A DNA stretch of 64,000 nucleotides from Rebecca billardiae RCC1528 (taxonomy: Eukaryota > Protista > Haptophyta), in contig OZ251239.1 of the NCBI GenBank assembly GCA_965240325.2, positions 496,001 through 560,000 on the forward strand, read 5' to 3'. Below the pieces are notes generated by a model. The model saw nothing but the letters and a program-made list of their open reading frames with translations. It did not search any database and had not been told where the DNA came from. Position 1 is the first letter of the stretch; every line of letters starts with the position of its first letter. Positions 21,755 through 34,148 of the stretch are shown one piece after another. The position numbers and the translations under genes are program-made.

Positions 21755-23536
21755 TCAGTGCACGACGAGCGCCCCGTGGCAGTGCCAGCGCGAGGCGGGG
21801 TCGGCGGCGTCGGCGCTCATCGAGGGCACGGGCTCCCACGTGCCGCGGTGCGGGCAGTACTTCTCCACGCTCGAGAGCCGCCCCTTCGCGTCGTGCACCT
21901 TGCACTCGCCCTCGCCCTTGAAGCCGCCGAGGACGTACAGCTCGCCGTCCAGCACGGCGACGCGGTGTGACATGCGGGCGGCCGTCATCGGCGCGATCGA
22001 CTCCCACGCGTTGGCCTCCGGGTCGTAGCGCTCGACGGTGTTGAGCTTCTCGGAGCCGTCGTACCCGCCCGTCGCGTACAGCTTGCCCTCGAGCACGCCC
22101 ACGCCCACACCCTCGCGCACCGTGCTCATCGGCGTGATCGGCTCCCACGCGTTGCGCCCGGGGTGGTACCGTTCTGCAGTCGTGCGCCCGTCGAGCCGCG
22201 ACTGCTCGCCGCCGCCGATCGCGTAGAGCTGGCCGTCGAGCGCGGCGGCGCGCACGTGGTACCGCGGCACGCTCATCGACGCGACGCCCTCCCACGCGTC
22301 GCGCTCGGGGCAGTACCGCTCGACCGTCGCCTGCGGCATCGAGTGCGTGCGGCCGCCGACGGCATAGAGCTTGCCGCCGAGCGGCGCGACGCCGCAGTCG
22401 CCGCGCGCGACAGACATGGCGTGGACTTGCTCCCATGCGTTGCGCCAGGGGCAGAAGCGCTCGACGGAGGAGAGGCGGTGCGTGCCGTCCGAGCCGCCCG
22501 CGGCGTACACCTGCCCCGCGCACGCCGCCGCGCCGTGCCCCACGCGCGCGGTGAGCATCGGCGGCAGCGGCTCCCACCGCTCGCGCCGCATGTTCCAGCG
22601 CTGGACCGTGTTCAGCACGATCCGACCCTCCATCCCGCCGATGGAGTAGACGGACCACGCCTTGGTGCCGCGCTTGTGCACGCGGGGCGAGTGGTCGGCG
22701 GAGATCTGCGCCTGCGTGAGCGTCTGGTACCGCTCCGCCTCCGCGCGCAGCGCCGGCCAGCTCGGCTGCTGCGCGACCAGCGCGTCCGTCGCGACAACCG
22801 TCGCCATGTGTGCCGAGTCGATGTGAGGGAACCGCACGTGCGGCAGCAGCGCGTCGAGGTGGGGCGCGCGCGCGGCCTCGTCGTGCCGCACCCAGCGCAG
22901 GATCGCCTCGAGCACCGTGTCCTCGTCCGCGTGCAGCTCGTCCATCCCGACCAGCGTCTTGAGCGTGCGCAGCTCGACGTCGACGAACGAGCCCGCGGCG
23001 GCGACCGCCGCAAACTGCTCGAGCGCAAACGCGTGCGCGGCGCCCTCGAGCGCGTCGAGGTGGTGCGAGACGGCGAGCTCGTACGTGGGGAGCACGTTAT
23101 CGGGCGAGAGGCTCGCCACGAGCGCGTCGGTGCACTTGGACAGCGCGCTCGACATCTCGAGCGTGTAGAGGGCGCTCACGAGCTTGTCGAGCTCACCCTC
23201 CTCCACCTCGATCACGCCCGAGTAGGCGAAGTCGAGGGCGTACTTGAAGGCGGTCGGCTCGATGTCCTTGATGTCGATCACGTCGGTCGACGCGGTCGCG
23301 CCGCCCGCGGTGAAGAGCCGGCGGAAGAAGGGCGAGACCGACGCGAGCACGACGCGGTGCGCGCGGAAATTCTGCGCGCCCACGCGGAGCGTCGCGTCGC
23401 ACAGCTCGCCCGAGGCCCACATGCTCGCCTGCGCGGCGGCCTTGTCGGCGTCGAGCGCCGTGTCCTCGAGCCGGACGCGGTCCGCCTTCGCCGCCGGCTC
23501 CGTCGTCTTCCCCGAGCGCGAGCGCTTGCTCCCCAT
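21755..23536 (-). CDS. Kelch-like BTB-BACK-Kelch protein (Cullin-3 adaptor type)
   Basis: LCDATLRVG..FRAHRVVLASVSPFF BTB; BACK (VLEAILRWVRHD, LLPHVRFP); Kelch repeats LYAVGG..VERY.P..W. Confidence 0.92.
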   Translation of the reverse strand: MGSKRSRSGKTTEPAAKADRVRLEDTALDADKAAAQASMWASGELCDATLRVGAQNFRAHRVVLASVSPFFRRLFTAGGATASTDVIDIKDIEPTAFKYALDFAYSGVIEVEEGELDKLVSALYTLEMSSALSKCTDALVASLSPDNVLPTYELAVSHHLDALEGAAHAFALEQFAAVAAAGSFVDVELRTLKTLVGMDELHADEDTVLEAILRWVRHDEAARAPHLDALLPHVRFPHIDSAHMATVVATDALVAQQPSWPALRAEAERYQTLTQAQISADHSPRVHKRGTKAWSVYSIGGMEGRIVLNTVQRWNMRRERWEPLPPMLTARVGHGAAACAGQVYAAGGSDGTHRLSSVERFCPWRNAWEQVHAMSVARGDCGVAPLGGKLYAVGGRTHSMPQATVERYCPERDAWEGVASMSVPRYHVRAAALDGQLYAIGGGEQSRLDGRTTAERYHPGRNAWEPITPMSTVREGVGVGVLEGKLYATGGYDGSEKLNTVERYDPEANAWESIAPMTAARMSHRVAVLDGELYVLGGFKGEGECKVHDAKGRLSSVEKYCPHRGTWEPVPSMSADAADPASRWHCHGALVVH

Positions 23537-23929
23537 GGTCGTCACGTAGTGCGTCGTGCGATTGCTAATGACGTCCGGCGTCGTCGTCGTCGGCTCGGAG
23601 CCAAAGATCAAGATCTGAGGCCGAGCGTCGCGCGAAGCGCTTCGTCGCTTTGGACGCATCAGCAGCTCGGGGATGCACGACAGGCCGAGCCGCCGCCGAC
23701 TCGAGCGAGACAGCGAGCATGGCTGACGACGACGGACGCGGGACGAGCAGCATGGCCCGCGGCTTGCTATTCTCCGAAACGACGGACAGTACAGCGCAGC
23801 AGTACTATCGACATCGTCGACCGCGCCCGCCAGTCTGCTGGCTGGCCGCCGTATCATTCATTCGTCACGCCGGCTGCGCGCACTCCGCAGCGCGCGGCCA
23901 GCGCGTCGACACGGCTCGGCTGGCCTCCG

Positions 23930-26900
23930 TCACAACGCGCCGCCAGCTTGGGCGCCGGGCATGCCGTGCGCCGCCTCCGAGCTCGGCGGCCCGCTCTCGG
24001 CCGGCGCGCGCGTCTCCGTCGCGCCCGGAAGTGAGCCGGCCGTGCGGGCCAGCAGCGCGTCCTCGCGCCTCGCCGCTGCCAGCGCTGCGGCGCCGCCGCC
24101 CGTTCCCGACAAGCGCGAGACCATGCCGGGCGATTCCATCATCTCGTCGAGCGAGCGGCGCTCGGTTGGCCCCGTCGCGCCCGCGCTCCCGCCCTCGCTC
24201 TCGGGCGGCGCCTCCGCGATGGCGTCGGGCACGCCGAGGTCAGGCGCGTGCTGAAGCGCTCGGCTAGGAAACGCGGGCGAGAAGTCGGCACTCGACTCTG
24301 CGGAGCGCTGGGAGGAGCGCTGGCTGTCCGACTCCTGCTGGAAGGAGATCTTCGAGGGGCGCGGCGCCGGCGCCGGCGCGACGCCGCCCGGCGAGCCGGG
24401 CGGCTCCCCGTCGCCCCTGCGCTTGAGGATGGACATGCGGCCCGCGCCGCCCGCGCCGCCCGCCGCGCCGTCGTGCGCGCCGCTCGCGTGCCCGCGTGTC
24501 ACCGGCGCTGCTCCGGGCGGCAGGGTGAGCACCGAGGGGGGCTGCGCCGGGGCCGGGCCGGCAGCGGGCGGCGAGAACGGGCCCTCCGAACCCTCCACCG
24601 TCTCGTCGATGGTGGGCTGGCACGAGTGCCGTGGCGTGCCCAGCGGCGTCACCGACGCGGAGGCGAGCGCCGCGCGCGCGCGCGCCCACGCCGAGCCCAA
24701 CCCGCCCGAGGAGGCGCGTGAGCCGGCCGCACTCGTTCGGCAGCTGCCGCCGAGGCTGGAGGCGTTGGCGGCGGAGGACGCGGAGGTGCGCGCGCCGCCG
24801 TCGAGCGAGGCCTTCCGCGCCTTCTCGCGCTGCCGCTTCGACGTGGTGAAGCCGTCCCGCGCGAGCACGAACATTCTGCGCGCGCAGCCGCCGCGCCGCG
24901 CCAGGAGGGAACCAGCCCGGCCGCAGGCGCGCGCAGACGCGCGCGGCGAGCGGCGCGGCGCGCGCGCGCGCGCGGCGGGGATGGGTGCGTGTGCGCGCGG
25001 TGAGGCAGCGAGCGAGCGAGCGAGCAACCCGGCCAGGCGCGCGCGCGCTTGCGCCTGACTGCGCGCACCTGTCGTACTGCCGCACGATGCGCGAGGGCGG
25101 CGGGTTGATGAGTGTGAAGGAGAGGTCGTTGTCCTCTTCCTGCGGCAGCGCGCTCGGCCGGAAGTTTTGGAACGCGCTCAGAACGTTGCGCACGAGGTTG
25201 ACGGAGCGCGGCGGCGTGGTGCCGTCGGCGGCGGCGGCGGCGGCGGCGCGCATGGAGCCGTCCCCGCCGCGCGCCGCGCCGAGCAGCGCGGACGACGCCG
25301 CGCCGCCGAGCGTGCCGCCGCGCGCCAGCACGCGGGTGCCGCTGCCGCCGGTCGGCGATCCCATTGGACAGTACAGCCCGATCACGAGGAACCCCTCCGC
25401 CGCCATCTTCTCGAAGAGCTCGGCGAAGGTGAGCTCGCCGAAGGCGGGCGGGATCGGCAGCTGCTCGATCCCCGCCGCGCGCTCGTCGCCCACCAGCCGG
25501 TGCAGCACCTTCACCAGCAGCGGCACGTAGAAGTTGGCCGTGACCATCGTGCACGCCATCTCGTCCGCGTACGCGGCGCCCGACGCGATCGGCGGCGACT
25601 GCAGGTAGTTTCCGAACGAGTCCTCGGCGGGCCACCACTCGCGGCCGTCGTCGAGGAAGCGGACGGAGCGCAGGTCGTCCAGCTCGACGATCACCTGGCA
25701 CGGCGGGCCGATCGCCGCCCCCGACGCGCGCAGCGAGCGCAGCACCGCGTGGATCTTGGCGAACGCAAGCACGGCGTGTCGGTCGCCCTTGGCCTCGGCA
25801 GCGGAGGATCGGCGGCGCGCGAGGTTCTCGCCGCCGAAGAGGAGGACGGAGGCGGCGAACTGGATGCCGGCGCGCTCGAGGTCGTCGTCGACGAGCGGCG
25901 AGCCGCGCACGAAGAACGCGCGCGGGATTGTCTGCAGCGCGAGCATCGACGCGCCGTCGTCGTCGGGCTCGGACGGCGCGAGCACGACGATGCGCCATCG
26001 CACGAGCGCGGCTGCCGTCTCCATGAGAGCGCCGAGGTTGCCCGGCCAGCCGCAGATCAGGATGAGCTCGCCGGGGAGCACGTCGCTGCGCGCGTCGTCG
26101 ATCACCACGTCGCGCAGCTCGCGCGTCGTCCCCTTGTTCACCACGTGCATCGACTTGAAGTTCGCCGAGCGGTCGACGGCCGCGCGGCTCTGTCGGCGCG
26201 CGCGCATCGAGCGGAACTTCTCGAGCGAGGCGCCGGGCGGCGAGCGAGCGCCGTTCGCGTCGGGCGCGCCGCCGGCGCTGTCGCTGGAGCGGCCCGTGCT
26301 CTCGCCGAAGAGCTCGACCGGGTCGGTCCAGTGCATGGCCTGCGGGTGCGTCGGCCCCTGCAGCCCGAACTTGGGCAGCGCGTCCTCGTCGGTGAGCGAG
26401 CCGGTGCGCGAGCGGCCGCGCAGCAGCGAGCTGCCGACCGAATGCTTGCGGTGCAGTAGCGCCTGCTCCACCTGCGACGCGTGCGTGGCGGCGGCCTCGG
26501 CGAGCTGCAGCATCGAGTCCTCGTCGTACTCGGCGGTGGCGGGGCCGCCCGCGTGCAGCATCGAGCGCGCGCGCTCGATCGCCTCCGCCGACGGCGGCTG
26601 CTCCGTCAGCGCCGCCACCGCCTCCGCCGATTCACCCAACACGACCAGCTCCTCGCCCGCCTCAACTTCGCGCAGCGCGCAGTTGAGCCCGAGCCACTCG
26701 GACTCGGACTCGGCGACGCCGATGGGGAGGAGCTGGCCCTTGGTGTGCGAGTAGAGCGCGACCGCGCAGATCCCGAACGTCAGCCCCGCCAGCTCGGGCG
26801 GCACGCGCATCGTGTACAGCTCCCACTGCCACGAGCCAGCGTACTCCTGCATCCACGGCTCGTCGTGAGGCGGCGGCCGACCGCCGTCCGAGCGCGTGTG

Positions 26901-28439
26901 CTCCTCCTCCTCGTCGAGGAGGAAGACGGCGGAGACGACGGTGGAGAGGCCGTGGCAGCCGGCGGCGCACTTGCCGAGCAGCTGCATCTTGAGCACGTTC
27001 TGCGCGATCACGTGCTTGATCCCCACGTCGAGCAGCGTCTTGCGCAGCTCGGCGCGGTTGATCTGCACAAACATCTGCGGCACGCACGCCTTGGCATACT
27101 TGGCGAGCGCGAGCGCCGTCAGCACCGCGCGCTCGTCCGCGCGCTCCTGCGCGGTGGACTCGTGCTCGGCGGAGGCGATGACGAAGATGGCGATGGCACC
27201 GTGCAGCCCCAGCCGCTCGAGCACGCCCAGGTCGTCCGAGAGCACGTCGCCGCGCATCAGGCACACGCGGCCGCGGTAGCGCCGCGCGATCGCTGCGTGG
27301 TCGTACCCCTCGAGCGGGCGCGAGGTGAGCACGAGCGTCGGCGGGAGCGCGGCGGGGAGCGCGGTGAGGACGGGGACCGCGGCGTCCGACGAGGCGGCGT
27401 ACCGGCCGTACAGGTCGCGCAGCAGCAGGTCGAGCTGGTGCGACTCCATGTCGCCCACCAGCACGAAGTGCGGCCGGCCCGGCCTCGGCAGCGCGCCGCG
27501 CCGCCGCTTGGGCGACGTGAGCAGCTGCGCGAGCTCGCCAAGCGTCGACGGCACAAACGTCACGACGAGGACGATGCAGAGCATCGCGACCCAGCGCGTC
27601 TGCCACAGCGTGGGGCTCCAGTCGCCGTAGCCCACCGTGCTCATCGTGATGAACATGAAGTACAAGAAGTCGCCGTAGTCCGTGAAGCCGCGCGCGTGGT
27701 CGGGTGACTCCATCTCGTAGAAGAAGCCTGCAAAGAGCAACGTGAGCGCGGTCAGCTGCACGACCGTCTGCACGAGGAGGAGCGAGATCTCGTCGAGGCC
27801 GCGGAGCGGCGCCTCGTACGCGCCCGTGTCCAGCAGCGCGAGCATCCGCACGTAGCCGAAGCGCACCAGCGCGCGCAGGTACTCGTCCTCGCGCGAGAAG
27901 GCGGTGAAGGCGAGGAAGACGATCGGGCAGATGCAAAAGTCCGCGGCCGTCTCGGCCGAGGTGGCGTAGGTGCCCTTGCGCGGCTCGGCGGCGTAGCCGA
28001 GGGCGAGGTCGGCGCACACGAACACGCTCATCGTCAGGTTGAACACCTGCCACGCCATCGGCAGCTTCGAGATGTCCCACGGCTCGCTCGGGTCGGGCCG
28101 CTCCATATACAAGCCCACCTCGGCGAGGTAGAGCACGCACCAGAGCAGCCGCAGGTGCGAGCGCTGCAGCCGGCGCGCGGCGTTCGGCATGGTCGCGAAC
28201 AGCTGCTTGCTCATCTCCGCGCGGTCCATGCGCAGGATCAGCCCGCGCGTGCCCGGCTTGACCGCGAGCACGGAGAGCGCGTAGATCAGCAGCACGCACG
28301 CGTACGCCACGAGCGACAGGCCCGTCTGCACGACCACCACGACGAACGGCAGCGCGAAGCTCTCGAGGTACATGTGCGCCGCGATGAGCACGCCCAAGAT
28401 CAGCCCCGCCCCGCCCACGTCGCGGGCGCCCATCGCCAT
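23930..28439 (-). CDS. Slo/BK-like calcium-activated potassium channel with RCK domains; intron 25068-24876
   Basis: Pore YFMFITMSTVGYGD; multiple TMs; RCK motifs HFVLVG, ILICGW, FVRGSPL..DLERAGI..A; LINPP...YDR|MFVL completed by splicing. Confidence 0.88.
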
Positions 28440-29277
28440 GCTGCCAGCGGCGCGCGCCCCCTCGTGGTTGGGCCACTCTCGTACCCGCCAATAACTGCAC
28501 AGCCACAAGCACAGCGGAAAGGATCTTGCTGACAATGGAGCCACTGCAGACCTTCGAGTGGAAGCCTTCGAGATGATTGCGAAAAGCATTTTATGATAAT
28601 GAGCCCCGCCAATCAATCGACGAGCAGCCTAGGATCATACGGTATCTATAAAGTACTAACCAGCTCGCTGATTGGCCTTTGCCCTTGTTCGTGTGCAAGT
28701 CGCCTCGTCATTTGGCTGTGGGGGTACTATTCGTCGGCCCAAGTTTCATAAACTTAATCACGCGACATAATTGTCTGACATTGACGCGTCTGCGCGCGAA
28801 CCGTCGCATTTGACTTTTTGAGGAGCGTTAATCCGGCACTCCGCGCACGAGTTCGCAGCAGCGCTCCCTGACGCGTCTGCCACCGTGCCACTCTAGGCGC
28901 CTGCGTTCGGCGCCGGATGCGACGGTCAGTAGTACTCATCGCCGAGTGGCAGGAAGTTAGCCCGGGCTAACTCGGTCCGCGCGTGCGACTAAGCACGTCA
29001 ACGGCAGCGACGGCAGCTGCCGAGCCGCCGGAGGCCTGACGAGGTGCCGGGCGCGCGGTGCCGGTGGTGAGCGGCGCCACGCGGCCTCGCCGGTCGGTCG
29101 CCGGAGCCCTGCTCCGTGCTCGGCGCTCCCTCGCGCAGCGGCAGCGCGGCTCGGCGCTGCGCACATAGTCCACAGCCGCGGGCACCGGGCCCTGAGAGTG
29201 CCCTCCGGAAGGAAGGCAGAGCAGTCGGTCTCTGCCGAGCCCCGCTGGCGCCGGACGAGACGCCCGCCACGCGGCGC

Positions 29278-30761
29278 TCAGCTCGTGTCCATCGCGTCGT
29301 TCCCACCATCGCCCTGCGCGTGTGCACGAGCGGCCGCGGCCCGCGCGCGCACCGCGCGCCCCCCGCGGCGCCCCCCGTGAGACGATCGATCGGCGGAGGC
29401 GCGCGGTGGAGTGCTAGCGAGCAGCGTGGGGCCGAGGTGCGCGCGCGCGCGCGCTTGCGCACCTCGGCAGCTGGCGCGCCCGCGCGCGCCGCGTCCGCCT
29501 GCTCCTGCATCGCCTGGATGAAGCCCAGCGTGCCGGGCGCGCGAGGCTGCAGGTTGAGCTCGGCGAAAATCTGCTCGGCGCTGCCGGATGCGAGCGCGGC
29601 CGCGAGCTGCTCGACAGCCTGCCGGAGCTGCGGCGACATGAGCGTGGCCTCGACCGAGTCTGGGGGCTGCGTGGGCGCGAGGTGCGGCTGCAGCAGCCGC
29701 TCGATCTCGGGCTGGTGCCGGCGCACGGCGTGCAGCAGCTCGTCCTGCGAGAAGACCGCTGGCAGCGTGGCCGCTGCTCACGGCGAGCAAGCGAGGGCAA
29801 GGTGTGGCGGTCAAGCCGCGGAGGGGGCGGCGCGCACAGGGGCGCGGCCGAGGGAGGGAAGACGCGCGTGAGGCGAGAGGTGCGGCGCGCGCGCACGGGA
29901 AGCGCACGCTCACAACGCCGCGGGCCCGCCCGCGCGCGCCTCGCCGCGCCGCCACTCCTGCAGCGCGCGCGGCGCACCGTCGCCCTCGGCCGTGCGAGCG
30001 TTAGACAGGACTCCCTGGAGCATCGACGCGAGTGCTGCCTGCGTGATCGGCGCGGCCGGCGCGGCGCCGCTCGCGGCGGGCGCGCCGGCGGCGGAGGATG
30101 GCGGCGCGGTCGAGCGGTTCTGCTGCGGCGCGGCCGGCGTCGCCGCTGTCGTGGGCGCGGCGGGCGTCGCCGCCGCGCCGCCGTCGCCGCCCTCACCGCT
30201 CCCGCCCTGGGCCGCGCGCGCCGCCGCCGCGTTGTTCTGAAGCATCGACATGAGCTCGTTGTAGTTGCTCTGCGAGAGGCCGCCAATGGTGGAGGGGTCG
30301 GCAGCAGCGCCCGCGCCGCCGCCGCCCGCGCCGCCGCCGCCCGCCGCCGCCGCCGCCGACGGGTTGTTGATCGTCTCGTTGAACTTGGCGAGCAGCGCGT
30401 CCTCCGCCGCCACGTCCTCCGGCTTGGAGAGGTCGGCGCCCTTCTTGCGCAGCTCCTGCGACCAGAAGAAGAGCTTGCGCGTGGACGAGTTGAACTCGAG
30501 CACCATCGCGTACGCGTCCTTGCACGCTGCTATCCGCTTGAGCTCCGCCTCCTGCGGGAAGATGATCAGGTCATCCTCGGTCGCGCCCGAGTTCACGTCG
30601 CGCCACGAGAAGTGCAGCAGCCCGTCGTCGGACATCAGCAGGCTCATCTCGCCGCGGCGCTTCTGGGCGGTGAGCGTCGAGCCCTGCAGGCTCATCTTGC
30701 CCACCTTGAAGGACGCGAGCGGCCGCGGGCCCTGCTGCCGCGCCGCGCCGAAGAGGCTCAT
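29278..30761 (-). CDS. RPN13: Proteasomal ubiquitin receptor Rpn13/ADRM1; introns 29977-29774 and 29462-29314
   Basis: Pru domain FKVGKM, DDGLLHFSW, EDDLIIFP, LFFWSQE; C-terminal DEUBAD-like LMSPQLRQAV..L..AL; ends DAMDTS. Confidence 0.88.
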
Positions 30762-31514
30762 AGCAGCAGCGATGGTGTCCGCGCGGTCCGCAGCCGTGCG
30801 CACTCGGGGCTCGAAAAAGGCATATCAGCAGCATTTGCTTTTCCGGCGCATTTTCGTTTTTCTATCCGAGTCCTGGCGTCGACGCATCCGCCATCCGGAC
30901 TCCGCTCGACACCCAGCCGGCCGGTGCTAGCCGACAGACGGACGACGCTCCCGGTCGGGCGCTGCTTGGGGCAGATCGTCTGACGACGCATGGACGCCGA
31001 GGGCGTCCACTGCCCACCACACGCGCACATGGGGTGATCGAAGGGCGTCGTGCACGTGCCGTGACGGCGCCGCGCCGAGTGACACTGACACTTGACAGTG
31101 CCACGGTACTACTCCGCGGGACTCTCAGTGGCAGCGCGCGGCACGGTAGGCGAAGCAGGGCCGGCCCCAGGCCGCGCGGACTGCCCCTTGGTCCCGCCCA
31201 AACGCACGCTCCGACCCGACTCGGCTGCGCCCCAGCCCCACCGGACGCGATGCCTGCGATCGCGCCGCCGCGGTGGCGGCTCCGCAGTGCCCACCTCCTG
31301 TCCTCCCCCCCCCGCGGCCGTCCTCAGCGGCCGTCGGCAGCGGCCGTCGGCTTGCTCATCTGCACCGTTCGGTCGGGGCAGAGCATTGCTCGCCATCCAG
31401 CGGCGCGCGCGGCCCGGCAGAGCTGCCGGCGCGCAGACAGCCGGCGGGCGGCGGCGGTCAGACCGAACCATCGCAGACAGCCGGCGGGCGGCCGACCGGG
31501 CCCGCGATGTCTCG

Positions 31515-33002
31515 TCAGGCGTCGGCGCGGCGGTGGTGGCGCGCGCGTGGGAGGCTGAGGATGCGCACCGGCGATGGTTCGGCCGAGCGCGAGGCCAGGC
31601 TCACGCCGCGGCCGAGCGCACCCGACGCCGCGCCGCACGAGTACACGCCGCCGTCCGCCGTCACGAACAGCGCATGTCCGGGCAGTCCGGACGAGCAGCC
31701 GACGACGCGCTCGCCCTCGAGCGCCACCAGCCGCACTGGTGTCCAGATGATCGGCGCGAGGCCCTGCGTGGGCTGCGACCAGCCGTCGCGGCCGCAGATG
31801 TACACGCTGCCGTCGGCGCACACCACCGTGCTCGCCGTGTACCCCGCGCTCGCACGCTCGGCGCGCGCCCCCGCGAGCGCCTCCATGTGCCTCGGCAGGT
31901 GCCGGTCGTCCAGGTCGCCGTGGCCGAGGCAGCCGAATGCGCCCGCGCCGAAGGAGTGCACGCCACCCGCCGCGTCGAGGACGAGGCTGTGCGTGAAGCC
32001 GGCGCTGACGTGCGTCGCGCGCACGTCGAGCAGCGCCTCGATCCGCCTGGGCGTCCACTGGTGCTGCTCGTCGCCGTGGCCGAGCCGCCCCTCGTTGCCC
32101 ATTCCGCACGAGTACACGGCGCCTCCCGCAGAGAGCAGCAGCGTGTGGTGGCCGCCGGCGGCGACGGCGGCGACGCGCACGCGCTCGAGCGCCTCGACCC
32201 GGCAGGGCGACAGCTCCGAGCGCGTGTTGCTCGGGCCGAGGCCCAGCTGCCCCGACGAGTTGGACCCCCAGCTGTGCACGCGCCCGTCTGCGCAGAGCGC
32301 GTGGCTGTGCGCCGCGCCCGCCGCGACGTGCACGACCAGCTCCGAGCGGAGCGCGCTGACGTGCGAGAAGGTGCTGCGGCCCTCGTCGTGGCCGAGTCCG
32401 AGCTGCCCGCTCGAGTTGTCGCCGCACGCGTACACGCCGCCCGCCTCGCTCAGCGCGAGCAGGTGGTGCAGCCCGGCGGCGACGGCGCGTATGCTCACCG
32501 CCGAGAGCGACGCGACCGGCCTCGGCACGAGCGTGGCGACGTCGCACCAGTCCGGGTGCCCGATGGCCATGGGGCTGACGTACTGCTCGTCGTCGGCGCT
32601 GTACCGCTCGCCGCACGTGTGCAGCCCGCCGTGCACGTCCACGAACGCGCTGAAGGGTGCGTAGGACGGGCCGCCCGCGACGGCAACGAATGCGTGCTCG
32701 GTCGCGACGCGGAAGACGGCCTCGCGCGCGAAGAGCTCCTCGACCCACGAGGCCGCAAACGGAGGCAGGGAGTGAGGCAATGCGCTCGAATGCCCGCGCG
32801 CTTTTGCGCGCTCGCGCAGTGCCTGCTCGACGGGTGAGCGCCCGCCCTTTCCGCCGCGGAAGATCCGAGTCGCCGCGCTCGCGTTGGCAATGTCCTGCAA
32901 GCGCTGGAGGAAGGTGAGGATCCGCTCGAGCACCTCCGTCGGCATGTCCAGGAGTGTCGGCGACACCTCCATGTTCGGTCGCCACGCAACTATCGGTGCC
33001 AT
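31515..33002 (-). CDS. RCC1-repeat protein with N-terminal F-box-like motif
   Basis: LLDMPTEVLERILTFL; repeats VAAG..H.L.L...G.VYSCG.N..GQLGLG. Confidence 0.85.
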   Translation of the reverse strand: MAPIVAWRPNMEVSPTLLDMPTEVLERILTFLQRLQDIANASAATRIFRGGKGGRSPVEQALRERAKARGHSSALPHSLPPFAASWVEELFAREAVFRVATEHAFVAVAGGPSYAPFSAFVDVHGGLHTCGERYSADDEQYVSPMAIGHPDWCDVATLVPRPVASLSAVSIRAVAAGLHHLLALSEAGGVYACGDNSSGQLGLGHDEGRSTFSHVSALRSELVVHVAAGAAHSHALCADGRVHSWGSNSSGQLGLGPSNTRSELSPCRVEALERVRVAAVAAGGHHTLLLSAGGAVYSCGMGNEGRLGHGDEQHQWTPRRIEALLDVRATHVSAGFTHSLVLDAAGGVHSFGAGAFGCLGHGDLDDRHLPRHMEALAGARAERASAGYTASTVVCADGSVYICGRDGWSQPTQGLAPIIWTPVRLVALEGERVVGCSSGLPGHALFVTADGGVYSCGAASGALGRGVSLASRSAEPSPVRILSLPRARHHRRADA

Positions 33003-34148
33003 GGCAAAGGCGTGCCCTGGTTTCGCGTCGGCGGCGCGAAAGGGGCGGACGAGGACGGGGGCGTTCCCCAGCGGAAACAATGGATGAGCAAGTTAGTGTA
33101 CGACAGTGTGCTCGGAAAGAACCTCGTGGAAGATTGCCCAAAACTTCTGCGAGTAGAGGAGAGGGATCTTGGTCGTAATCGAACGAGATACAGGCGGTTC
33201 TATGTGAGATTGCTTCATTGATCAGTGATGAAAAGTACCACGTGAGTATTATTTATATTTCTGGCGCTTCAGTCAGAAGTAATTTGACGGATCGCAGATT
33301 CTAGTACGTGGTATGGGTTAGATAGGGGTTAACGAGGTCCTCAGAAAATATGAGTGGTTCTCCTCGTCCAAGGACTCCTCCAACGCTATTGGTGCACGAG
33401 CTCTTCACCCGCACGCCGAGAGAGTTGTGGGAGTGGTTGGCCCAAGTATGAATATAGGCCTTGAAAATTTTGGGTTCGGCCGTCATCACAAAGTATGGCC
33501 TGTCATCAGTAAGTAGCAAGCCGGTAGCTATACTTTTCGGGCTACTTTTCGGGCACTTGGAACTGATGGATGGCCACACTTCTACTTGTGAATCTAAACG
33601 TAATTAACCCGCCGGTACTTGCTGATTACTCTTAATTTCGTAGTGTTTGGTCATACGGCACTACCACTATTTCCGCTCCGCGCGCGGGGTGGTGATTGGG
33701 CTGCTCGTCAAGGTGCTCGTCTGCTGCATCCGCGACCAAGCAACGTCATTTATGACAGACGAGTCCGTCCGCTCTGTCTCCGCCGACTTTAGAGCGTACT
33801 GTCTGAGCGGCGCGGCCAGCGCCGCCCTGCGCCGTCGGCGCCGCGCCGTACGTCGATACGGCGGTGCGCGGTTCTCGGCTGGCCCGGATGCGAAGGCGGC
33901 TCCCGCCTGCGCCGGCCGCGGGCCCGTCCGAGCTGCGGTCCGCTGCGGCTGCGGACCGGTGAGTCGCTGCCGCATACCGTTCACTGGGCATAATGGCAGA
34001 TCGAGCCTGAGACGGCAACTGTAGTCTGACTGCGGCCGCCGGCCCAGCTGCAGGGGCTGCGTGACGCCGTGACGTCAGCAAACTTTAACTTAGGAAACTT
34101 AGGACGGCCGTACGAGTCATCGGATTCTTCGTTCAAGTGAAAAGCAAG

